Assembly: GCA_002633005.1 (NCBI GenBank) | Contig: NMRA01000710.1 | Location: forward strand, 58,065 to 122,064 | Direction: 5' to 3' | Length of the DNA stretch: 64,000 nt | Source: Phoronis australis | Taxonomy: Eukaryota; Animalia; Phoronida | Part shown: positions 54,219 to 64,000 of the stretch, in pieces | How positions within the stretch are numbered: the first letter of the stretch is position 1 | Layout of the letters: the number at the start of each line of letters is the position of its first letter | Position numbers and translations under genes: made by a program | Notes under the pieces: generated by a model | What the model saw: only the letters and a program-made list of their open reading frames with translations | Told to the model about the DNA's origin: nothing | Databases searched by the model: none

Positions 54219-54609
54219 ATGGACAGTGCATTCTTCCAAGTACCCTTAAATAACCAAGAATCCCATAGTCTAAAACAAACCCTCTCTTTAAAATCTCACC
54301 CTGTGGGACAGTGTCAGCTGTGGACAGGTCCTGTAAATAAGAGGAGATACGGTGTTCACAGTGTTAAATTTCGTGGGAAATATATCAGAGTACAGGCTCA
54401 TCGCTTGTCTTATTACTTGTATGGCACGCCCCAGCGACTGTCCCAGTCCCACCAGGTTTCCCACCACTGACATAACCCTTCCTGTATAAAATTCTCTCAC
54501 CTTTCTTATGAACCCCCCCCAAAATTAACAACTCCAGGCAAATTTGCAAAAATAATGGGGGAATGCACTGGTCATTGGGGATACAAATCATGCCTGCTGA
54601 ATATGGTAA
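54219..54609 (+). pseudogene. His-Cys box / His-Me finger (I-PpoI-like) endonuclease pseudogene
   Basis: CQLWTG...RYG...AHRLSY...VSHH*HNPSCIKFSHLSYEPP. After correcting the C8 and G5 homopolymers it continues KINNSRQICKNNGECTGHWGYKSCLL, fitting the SHxCHNxxC..xHLxxE...NxxRxxC...CxxH...C pattern. TGA at 54468-54470 replaces a conserved Cys. A splice acceptor lies at 54196. Confidence 0.78.
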
Positions 54610-55674
54610 TCCTATCAAGAGCTTTTAAGTTTCGCTTTTCCAGTTGTCGTTTGGTTACTGGGGACAAATAAAACAACAAGAATAATGTATATTTTAAGCT
54701 GTATTGGGAATTTCAGGGTCACAGCTCTACAAATAAATATTTCACAGAGGGAACCAGATGGGTTCCTTAATTACAAGAGATAACACACACATTTCCGATA
54801 CCCAAAGTACACTTGAGTATCGAATGCTAAGTGGCACAGGTTAGCAATAGTACCAAATGGGTACATAATACCAAATGGGTATTGGCCGATTGCCTACCAA
54901 CTGGGTCGAGCAAAACGGCAAATTCAATAACAAGTACCAAATGGGTACAAACTGCCAAATGGGCAAATATCATATAAAGTACCAAGTGGGTACACTAAAC
55001 AGCCAACTGGGCTATAACAACCTGCAAAGCAGGGTTCCGGACAAGCTGAGTGAGCAGACCAGCCGGAGTGATAAAAAGAGATATTGTAAGGAACGTGGAG
55101 TTGTGGCTCAGTATGTGCCGAGAGCTGAGACCGGGATGGAGAGAAGCAAGCTGCAGTGATGGATGCTCGAGTACAGGTCGGGTCGTTAGCCAATGACGTC
55201 GATTTTTGCCGGACGGTATCACGCTCCAGGCCTGAAGAAGCTACCAGCAGGGACTGCAAAAACAACAATAACCAACAGCAGATTTTGTTCGACAAAAGGG
55301 GGAGTGTGGGAAAGGTATCAATCGGTTGAGTGGAGATGTGGTACCCAGGGTAAGGGAGGGCGGGAGAAGTATAAAATTGGCTAATTAGGAAAACTTACGA
55401 GTGGACGTACTGTTGCTTGTGGCTGAGCCAACAGGAAGCTGGAGAGAAAGAACAAACAGCGCTACCATCGGACTTGGTAGGAACTAACTAGGAGTTAGAT
55501 ATGAAGGATGAAGGGCTGTCTAATGTTATTTGCCCAAATAATAGGATTTATGTTCGAACTGATTGCAAAAAATATAAAACGTATAATAAGCATTACAAAA
55601 AGTAGGTTTCGCGAGCAAACGCTTTAGACCATAAACAAGTAAGTCTCTTAACATTAACGTGGAAGTTATATATT

Positions 55675-55740
55675 GGTGGTAAGTGCAGTGGTAAAGCACG
55701 CGCGCTTTATCCGCCAGGTCGTGAGTTCGACTCTGCGTTA
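55675..55740 (+). mobile_element. Degenerate tRNA-like/SINE head
   Basis: TGCAGTGGTAAAGC (A box/D-arm-like) and GAGTTCGACTC (B box/T-arm); no convincing cloverleaf. Confidence 0.4.
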
Positions 55741-55945
55741 CCTGCAGTTTTTCCTGTTTGGCATGTTCTTTGTGTTTTTTTTTTCTTTTTTTCTTGGATA
55801 ATACTTCAGATTTTCAGAGGAAAAAACAGCAACCCCCCTCCCGACCTCCCCCATTCGGTGCTATGCGCATCTAAAACGGGCTTTGCACAAATGTTTACAG
55901 ACAAAATGTTGGGCCCCCCCTTGTGATATCCTAGATCCGCCACTG

Positions 55946-56374
55946 TTTCCATACTATAAACAGATTTGTCAGTTTCGTGTTGGCCAACCTCTTCCTCAGG
56001 TAGTACTTGGCCTTTTTGTATTATTGGCTGGACTTTCGCTTGACATAGTAGCGCTTTCTGGAGTCCGCATTTCTCAACATTTTTTCATGGCACTGTTTTC
56101 AGACACGGTTAGTCCTGATGCCTCGTCCAGCTTCACCGTGGATTTCCCTTGTCCCACGGTTCCGGAATGAATGGCTGAATGACACAGCCCCGTGAAGTTT
56201 CGTGTGTGTCGTGATGTTTTTGGTGCATATGCATAAACTGCTGCATTCAAACTTTCATTGATGATTGTGTTGAACAGATATTGCATATCTCTTAGCTGTT
56301 CCTGGTCGAAGTGGGAATTGATTTTTGTTTGAATCGTTTTCAAGTGCTTTTCACTCAGTTCTAGATGCCGGTCA
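55946..56374 (-). pseudogene. C-terminal fragment of a DDE transposase (Kolobok/Mutator-like)
   Basis: ...QYLFNTIINESLNAAVYAYAPKTSRHTRNFTGLCHSAIHSGTVGQGKS resembles the catalytic-Glu region (NTxxNESxN...APK...RNFxGxxHSAIH) of these transposases. Both sides are bounded by other element ends. Confidence 0.62.
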
Positions 56375-58080
56375 CAGGGATATACCTAGGTTTCAAAACC
56401 CCGCTTGCCAGCTGGGCGAGTGAGCCAAAACATCTACCTGTCCAGCCCGAAGTTCAGTTGCCCAGCCGTTTGCGTCAGTTGCTGCCAATGTCAATGAAAA
56501 TCATCGTTTCGTGCGTTGATGTCACCATCTACTAGGGCCAGTATCGCTTTTAGAAAATGAATTCCTACTAAGAAACTTTTGAGGTCGATGAATTCCCAGC
56601 AACGCAAGACGTTGCCTTGGCGCAAAGCTACATGCTACAGCTACGGCGCCAATGTGGGTAAAAGACTTACCAGATACAATCTGACACAAAAGTATTTTTT
56701 ATTTAAAACTGCACTCTTCCTCCTTCCTGACACCAAAATGGAAGGGTCCAGCCAAAAGCAACAGCGCAATTAATCAACTTGTCATTAAGGAGTTTCCACC
56801 ATGCATTTTCTTACTTTTCCAGGTCTCAGTTTGCTAATATGAATCGAATACTATAAAATCTTACTAAAGAGGCACTTTTTATGACAAATAGTCGCAATTT
56901 TTTAATTTTGAAAAAAAAACTTATTTCTAAGTTTGCCGCCAAATGATGCAATGGGTGGACAACGGTTGGCCGTTTGACAACCGTTTGCAATGTCGGAACA
57001 CTGCAGGTCAGAAGACAAGGGCGATATTGGGCGAGAATGGACAATTATTATGCAGACAGAGAGCAGAGTGGATACAGGCATCACATTCAAGTACTTGAAG
57101 AATCAGACAATGAATTCGATTTCCCATTTAGCGAACTTTCGTCGGCTTTTAGGCCGTATGAACTCGACCCACTTGCACGAGAAATGCTGCAGACATGTAA
57201 GAGCCACAACCAACTCTACCAAGTGGTGGTCAATACTCACAAAATAGACACTTAATAATTACTGACAAAGGCCACAGTAAACCTGGGTTACTCGTATTCA
57301 CTATTGCCGTGAAGAAATGAGCACAGTCTAAACCACAATATGAACACGGGCAAATCACAATCAAGGTCCATATTCGGTGGCCACTTTTGGTGAAAAATGA
57401 AGGTTGTCATATAAACTGTAAAAGCTGGGTTATTTTAAAGTACCATCACTCCAGGTTTGTAATCTAAAATATTTTTACCCAAGAACCACCGAATAAAATT
57501 TTATGGCCTAATGCATCACAGTTGTATAAAAGGGTACATACACTACAACTTGTGGTCACAGCCCACTTCTGTCATGCAAAAATGCATAAGGTAGCTATTA
57601 TTTTAATAAGTTATTGATAAAATTGAAGAAGTATCACATACTAAAGTAAGAAAAGTTATTGCCGTGCTATTTCTTCTAGATGATGATACATTGCATATCT
57701 TAACACAGTATAATGAGAACTTCCTTCTCTTGCAATATGATTCTTACAAAAAGAAAATGACAAGTAACTACTTTTTTCAATTTATTTATCTAAACATCAT
57801 TCAACAAAGAATGGACTCACCGGAGACAGCCCAAGAGTTGTTATCTCTGCGGCGAAGGATGTTAAAGTTGAGTCCCGATGAGTTGCCAGCAGTCACTGGT
57901 ACGGTGCGCGGCTTTAGACGCTCTGCGGCTGGGTTAAAGATCTTTTATAGGCCTAACTATCCCCAATTCCCGTACCAGGGTGAATTTCAAAAAATAACTT
58001 GACTTGGCTGCGTCAGATGTGATATGCGACGTTGATGTTGAAATTGCGCCATATTTTTTATGTTGATTTCCTTTGTTGGT

Positions 58081-58990
58081 TTATAATTCATATATTGCAA
58101 TGTAGGCATCCTGGGGAGGCTTGGATGTACTTGTGACTGTAGAGTCGTCAAAATTTATCCATTCCCATGCTGACGATTTAACACAGCATGTATAATGACC
58201 ACCCGTCGTCTTTCTTCCATGGTGTTCAATGACTGCTTTTATTTTGTAGCCGGAGAGGTCATACGAGGAAATCTTTGTGTTGATTTTTTCACCATTAGTC
58301 GCGGTACGTAAGATATGAATACAAAGGTATTTTGGCGGTTTTACTAATGACCATGTGAGCTGGCCACTGAGACTATTACAGTTTGGGCAACTAAAGTCCT
58401 CGATGTCCAACGACGTCCACAAGCTGTGCCACAACTCCTGCATAGTTATTTCTTTCCTTAGCGTTGGGAGGTAGACGGTCAACTCCCAGTCTATCTGTGT
58501 TTTTTCCTTTGTTGTTGTGCAGTTATTACAGCTCCTAGTTTGCTTCTTCACGTGTTGGAAGGTACTAGTAACCTCAGACGTTACATTATCAGCGTTGTGA
58601 GCAAGTGTGTCAACGTGCCATTGGTTCAGTAACCATAGTAAAAATTCATGGGCATCCTGTTGACTTCCGTTGCCAAGAGAGTTGTTCTGTAATCTTAGTT
58701 TATTCAAAATTTCAGACGGAGTTGATGTATACCTTTTAGTTGCTTCATATGTGTTCACAAGGATGGTTTTCATATTGTTTTTCTTGTTGATATTGTATTT
58801 GTGCCAGTTGAGGTTGCATGAAAAGATAGCTTGAAGTGTAGAGTTCACAAAACACGTGTTTCTAACATTGCAAAGACCAAATCTTTTATCTTTTGTTGAT
58901 TTTTCGTTTGACTTCCTTGATATCGGGGATGACGAAGTAGCTAATTGTGTTTCAATCTCGGGCTTAGAAATGTTGCAGAGTTGCCATTCT
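58081..58990 (-). CDS. Ubiquitin-specific protease (peptidase C19/USP) catalytic domain, uninterrupted by introns
   Basis: The frame extends upstream of the annotated ORF to give the Cys box GLCNVRNTCFVNSTLQ. Also present: QQDAHEFL, two CxxC (CNNC, CPNC), PKYLCIHILR, His box IEHHGRKTTGGHYTCCVK, WINFDDSTV and AYIAIYEL*. The frame is open to ~59060 with no in-frame ATG; a possible acceptor (tttacag) lies near 58990. Confidence 0.85.
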
Positions 58991-59162
58991 GTAAATTGCT
59001 TGTTATTTCTTGATAAATATATTGTATAGCTACATCTAAGAGCTGTCTGAGTTAATTGATGCTATTTGCCTAGTTTTCAACACATTCACAAGTTGGTCAA
59101 AATAGTTAAAGCAATGCTAGGCCCAGTGTTCGACTTGTAAACAGTAAAAAATTGTACTGGCT

Positions 59163-60401
59163 GGGGGTACGTACACTACGCACAGCTAATCAACGTCAAA
59201 TTTTGACTAAGTTACAAATGTACGGGATTATCTCGAATTTTGTGCTGCCTCTACTAGTTGTTTTGTTCCAAGTTGTCTTGAGTGATAGAGAACCTGTCTC
59301 TGCAGCATCAGTTGTCACATGACATGTCTTCGAGGGTGTTATTAGCCAAGTCCTGTGTGGCATTTTATTGTCCACAAATTTAATAATGTCCTTTGCTTTT
59401 TTGTCAGACTGGATGCATTTTGGAAATATCAGTATTGTTCATGAGAACAGCAGTATATAAAAATAATTGTGGGCAATACTTTATAGAACAGAGGTTGAAG
59501 GTACGTACACTACACAGGGGTACGTATACTGCATTTCAATAACTTGTCAGGTTTCTAAAAAATACATAGAATCTACTTAGAGTAGTTCATTTACCAAATC
59601 TATTCAAAGAGTGCAACTAACAAGTACAGCATAAATGTATATATCCGTCGGCCATTCTTTGAAAACAGGCACATGTTAATATATGGGGGTACGTACACTA
59701 CACAAATGCTAATATTTCACTCAAAACAAATGTATTTGTAATTTTCACCCTTTTAACCCAGCATTTTAATGGAGGAAAATGTCTGTGACAAACGTTGCAC
59801 ACTTAACATGTAATATTTTTTCATGGTATTTATTCACTTGGGGGTACACTACACGGGGGTACGTACACTACACGGGGGTACGTACACTACACGGGGGTAC
59901 GTACACTACATTTGAAAGACAAGTCAGGTTTGTAACTAAATACTAAGAACCTACTGAGAGTTAGTTGACTTAAATCAATTCAAAGAGAAAAAAAACACAG
60001 CATTGAATTTGCATATCTGTCATATTTTGAAAATAGGCACAAATTAAGATGTGGGGGTACGTACACTACACAAATGCTAATATTTCACTCAAAACAAATG
60101 TATTTGCAATAAAAACCCTTTTAACCTATCATTTTTAAGGAAGGAAATTGTCTATGACCAATTTTGCTCACTTACCAAGTGATATTTTTATTTCATAGCA
60201 TTTGTAAATATGGGGGTACGTACACTACAAGGGGGGTACGTACACTACATCACTGTTTCGGCATCACACGGTAACATAACGTTGTATGGCCATTTATTTT
60301 TCTTTGGTGATAATAAACACCATGTTGTTATTTAAAAGGCAATAATTTCATTTGCAATGACCATTTGTGTTACTGAATTCCACATGGGGTACGTACACAA
60401 C
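59163..60401. repeat. Array of ~12 GGGGGTACGTACACTAC motifs with long spacers, including a diverged ~370-bp duplication
   Basis: Motif or variants at ~59163, 59500, 59517, 59685, 59840, 59855, 59874, 59893, 60053, 60212, 60231, 60386. Segment ~59540-59850 aligns with ~59920-60230. Confidence 0.9.
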
Positions 60402-61059
60402 AATTTGTTAGCGTTTTTGGCCCATTTTCAACATAGCAAAACCCAGTCAATATCCAAATTTTTGGTTTGTATAGATATTGAATAATTTGCCGTGTTGCCT
60501 AGGCTAACATATTCTACAGTTCTTCTTATTACAGAGTGTAAACTTTAGTTTTTAACCTTCTTTACAGTAGGTGAGGGTTAGAAACACAGAATTCACAAAA
60601 TTCGTAACGATTGCCTGTTTTATGATGAATCCTGCCATTTCTCAATGATGAAGCACAACTTCTTCTAAGTGATTCTGAAAGTGACTCAATTTATTTCCAG
60701 TCATATCAAAGCATTTGCTTACTTAATAAAATAAATTTCTTTTCTACTGTTCACAGTTGAAATTTGTAAAACGGCCACTGGTAACGCTAAAAAAGCATGA
60801 AATTCATAGACAAAATCATGCATAAATTACTCAAACATTGACCGATCTATTTGGATGATTCTTTTTTAATTTGCACAACTAAATAACCTTTTGCATATGA
60901 GATTCAGTTGGCATTTGGTAAGTGACCAAAAAAATTATTTTAGACCGTAACACAGTCAACTCTCGAATATGGACCTTGATTGCGATTTAGCCGATAAGTC
61001 TATTTGTAGTAGCACTCGATCTGGACTGGGGTCCAGGACCTGGCATCACTCGCCCTAGA

Positions 61060-62185
61060 ATGGAGGCAGTTTGTTCGTTACCCTCTAGTCATCTGAATTC
61101 TACACATTTAGAAGTTTTGTTTAAATCCTTTGTACTTCCACACATTGATTATTGTGATATTATATATCAGTCTGCCAATACGGGTGCAACATTTGGAGAG
61201 GTTACAATATCAAGCCGCCTTACTCATTACCGGAGCTTACAGGGGATCCAACAGTGTTAAGGTTTTGAATAGTCTCAAGTGGCCCAAACTGTCTACTCGA
61301 CGCAATCTTCACATGACCACATTTACTTTCAAGATAATAAACAATGTCAACAACGTGTCTGTCAAAAAATATTTGATCTATATACTAGACAAGGCCATCG
61401 TAGTGATTTGAGATCCTCCATCCCATAGGCAATTCCTCCGTCGTTCAGTCAGGCATTCAGAAGGTCTACAGTCATGATGTGCATCAACAACTGGAATTCT
61501 CTTCCAGTCTCTATTAAGGAAAGCTTATCTCTTTTCCGAGTATAAAACATAAATTTAGAACTGTTTTTCCTAATTTTGATAACTCAACACCCTTGACTCA
61601 ATTCTCCCTTACCCGCGATAACGAAATAGCATTGTACAGATCAAGATGTGGCCTTTTTCTCAACTCTGACAAGTTCAGGCACAACTTTAGTAATGTCTCT
61701 CTAAACTGTAAATGTGGTGACCACCAATCTTATCCTCATATTTTCTTCAAATGTCCCCTTATCGAATACCTGAGAGACTCACTCTTTCATGCACGCAGTG
61801 ATAACCAATCAATTGTTAACGCTCTCAACTCTTGTAATAATATCCCTACTAGAGTTACATTATTACTGAATGGTAGTCCTAACCTTGACTTCGTTCTCAA
61901 CGAATTCCTCTTAAGCAACGTTAGCAAATTTTTATTTAGCGTTTATCCATATTGTTGCATCTGACTTCCCTACATGAATCTGTACATATTTTTGTTTTTA
62001 TGTATCTGTAATAGCCTATCTAAGTATTGGAATACTTATTTTAGATACTACTTAACTGTATATACCTCTATGCATATAAGTTTCATTTATGAATTGTTTA
62101 CAACCCAGATATAATGCTTCGCGGTTTCTGGGTTTGTTATTATTTCTTTGTATGTTCTGTGCATCCTTCAATAAATATATATCAC
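61060..62185 (+). mobile_element. 5'-truncated non-LTR retrotransposon (CR1/L2-group LINE) 3' fragment, frameshifted
   Basis: LFKSFVLPHIDYCDIIY; LERLQYQAALLITGA...LKWPKLSTRR...FKIIN (post-RT region); C-terminal CKCG...HIFFKCP knuckle; AT-rich 3' UTR ending in AATAAA (~62170). Confidence 0.8.
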
Positions 62186-62494
62186 TTACCCTCTGACACA
62201 GCGCCACCTATACTACAAAGTGGCCCTGTGGAAACATGATGAACGACCCACGGATTCCGTGTGTGGGCATCAATGCGCATGCCTTAGTTTTACTTCCTAT
62301 GTAAACAAAATGGTTCACTGTGTGCGTGAAAAGGTACCGGGTATATTGCTTTGTGTTCTGTTGCACTGGAATAATAATCATTTTGATGGAGTGCATTTGG
62401 ACTCATCCTGAATCTAATTTACTGATTTTAGACGTTTTATGTTCACGTTAGTTGTATAAAGTTCTTTCTAAGTCGTCATATTTGGGTCTGGGAC

Positions 62495-62630
62495 CGGTGT
62501 CGCGTGAAATTTCTTCCCCGCCCGTGAAATTTCTTCCCACTCTGACCCTTTTGCGCATGCGCGGTATTGAGGGGAAGTTACTTCACGTCTAAGGCATGAA
62601 ATTTCTTCCCCCGTGAAATTTCTTCCCAAA
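62495..62630. repeat. TGAAATTTCTTCCC x4, probable subterminal motifs of a DNA transposon end
   Basis: Motif at ~62504, 62523, 62597 and 62613; partner end not seen in the window. Confidence 0.55.
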
Positions 62631-64000
62631 TGAAGACGGCAAAGCACAGCTGTAAAATAAGCCTAAAAATATAAATTCACTACGTGTGTGATAATATAAC
62701 GATTTTAGTCAATTGCCATTGTTATGTTAGACATTGGTAAATGAATTATAATTAGATTTACTTCAATTCAGTCGCCGGTCAGTAGGTTTGCGCACGTATG
62801 GCGTTGACTTTGCGGGTTGTCACCATGCTTTTGTTTGTTTTATTGTACTCTGTAAACTGTATTATGAGTTAATATTACTTACGTTAATAAACCTGTCATC
62901 CTCTGTCTCGCTCTCTCTGTCTCTTTCTCTCTACTTGCGGGCAGGAATCCCGTTAGCTAGGTAGGATCGTGCCCCTGCTGCCGTGGAGTGCATCCGGACC
63001 GGGGAGTCCTCTGTTGAAAGGCAAATTAGTAAAAAGCTCTTTCAAAAAAGAGACATTCTGTAGACTATATACTTATAATTGATTCATAAGATTAAAATAT
63101 TTCTGAATTTCATTTCCTGGCCTGGGCGTGGCCCGACCTTAGGCCCGTCGCGGTGACGACGCTCTTCGTCTTCACTCCGATCTGAGTGTTCTTTTTCGCT
63201 TGTACTGAATTTCCTTCAAGAATATGTTAGAAATACTCGAATGGGTAAAAATACTCGGTTGGGTATATTCCCAGTAAGGCATTATCATTTGTTGTGGTAC
63301 GTAATAAGTTAAAATAATCGACGCCCACATGTATGACCGAAGGCGATGATCCCGGAGAAAAAAGGTGTCCTGTGTGAAATAGCGTTCCTACATCATCAAA
63401 CGCATCTTTCAGAAAAGTCTTACAAAAATGTACACTAAAAGAAAACACAGAAATTGGAAACCTTGTTTTTTCCAGGAACTTCAGTTCATAAGATTCGAAA
63501 AAAGGGAAATTTTCAAAATCGGTTTAGGAAAGCTCCAGCAAGCAAAATAATTAGCGAGAATCAGGAAACGTATTAAAAACTCTAAGGTCATTTTACAAAA
63601 TCACACGCCGTGGGAAAAATGGACCATCACAGCTACAATGGGTAAACATTGCAGTAAAATATTTACACTTTCTTGCTAAGGAAACTGAATTCGCAGATTA
63701 AAAATCTTTGAATGCGCCCTGAGCGCGTGGAGCGCTCCGAAAATGAAGCCGGAGATCAATCCTTGATAAACAAGACTATTTTAGTCTGTTATATTCCATA
63801 GTGTTGTATACCAAGGAACTTGCAAATATATATGTAGTAAGAATTACTTACTTCATGTGGGAACAAGACGAACGAGTATCCTGCGTGAATTGAAATAAGG
63901 TGCACATCAAACCATTTAACAAACAGTTTTCAATTCGTAGGCCTATCAAAAATGTCTTGACAATTCGCAAAAACTAAAAATGTCCAAGAAAATTATTTCT

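Noticed and set aside
54468-54470. Selenocysteine read-through (TGA at a conserved Cys of the nuclease)
   Set aside because: Adjacent homopolymer frameshifts disrupt the conserved NxxRxxC segment and no SECIS was recognised; simple decay is more likely.
36508-55945. CAGTGGCGGATCTAG at 36508 and CTAGATCCGCCACTG at 55945 as ends of one giant element
   Set aside because: Flanks show no matching TSD and the span includes four tetraspanin exons; these are separate fragments of a common MITE family.
59163-60401. CRISPR interpretation of the motif-spacer array
   Set aside because: Repeats are only 17 bp, spacers are 140-320 bp and partly homologous to each other, and there are no cas genes. Kept as a non-CRISPR finding.

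Overview
Eukaryotic (invertebrate animal, plausibly mollusc or other lophotrochozoan) genomic DNA; most ORF-track entries are spurious or intron read-through. Two spliced host genes could be reconstructed by hand. The first is a mitochondrial ABC half-transporter ABCB8 (+; 15 coding exons, 5588-26962, first exon uncertain). The second is a complete CD9/CD81-like tetraspanin (-; 7 coding exons, 52207-31530, 223 aa). ABCB8 introns hold many unrelated minisatellites, and five arrays are amplified copies of the gene's own exon ends: three splice donors, one acceptor and the stop-codon region. The window also carries several TTAA-flanked Kolobok-type DNA transposon relics (THAP/transposase plus a convergent P2X7-ballast-like ORF). 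Region 53.5-62.2 kb is a dense accessory block. It holds a His-Cys-box (His-Me) endonuclease pseudogene convergent with a DDE transposase fragment (KolobokP-like), and an uninterrupted USP/C19 deubiquitinase domain beside a ~1.2 kb array of a conserved palindromic GGGGGTACGTACACTAC motif with diverged spacers. A CR1/L2-group LINE 3' fragment closes the block. All calls are from manual reading; no database searches were run.
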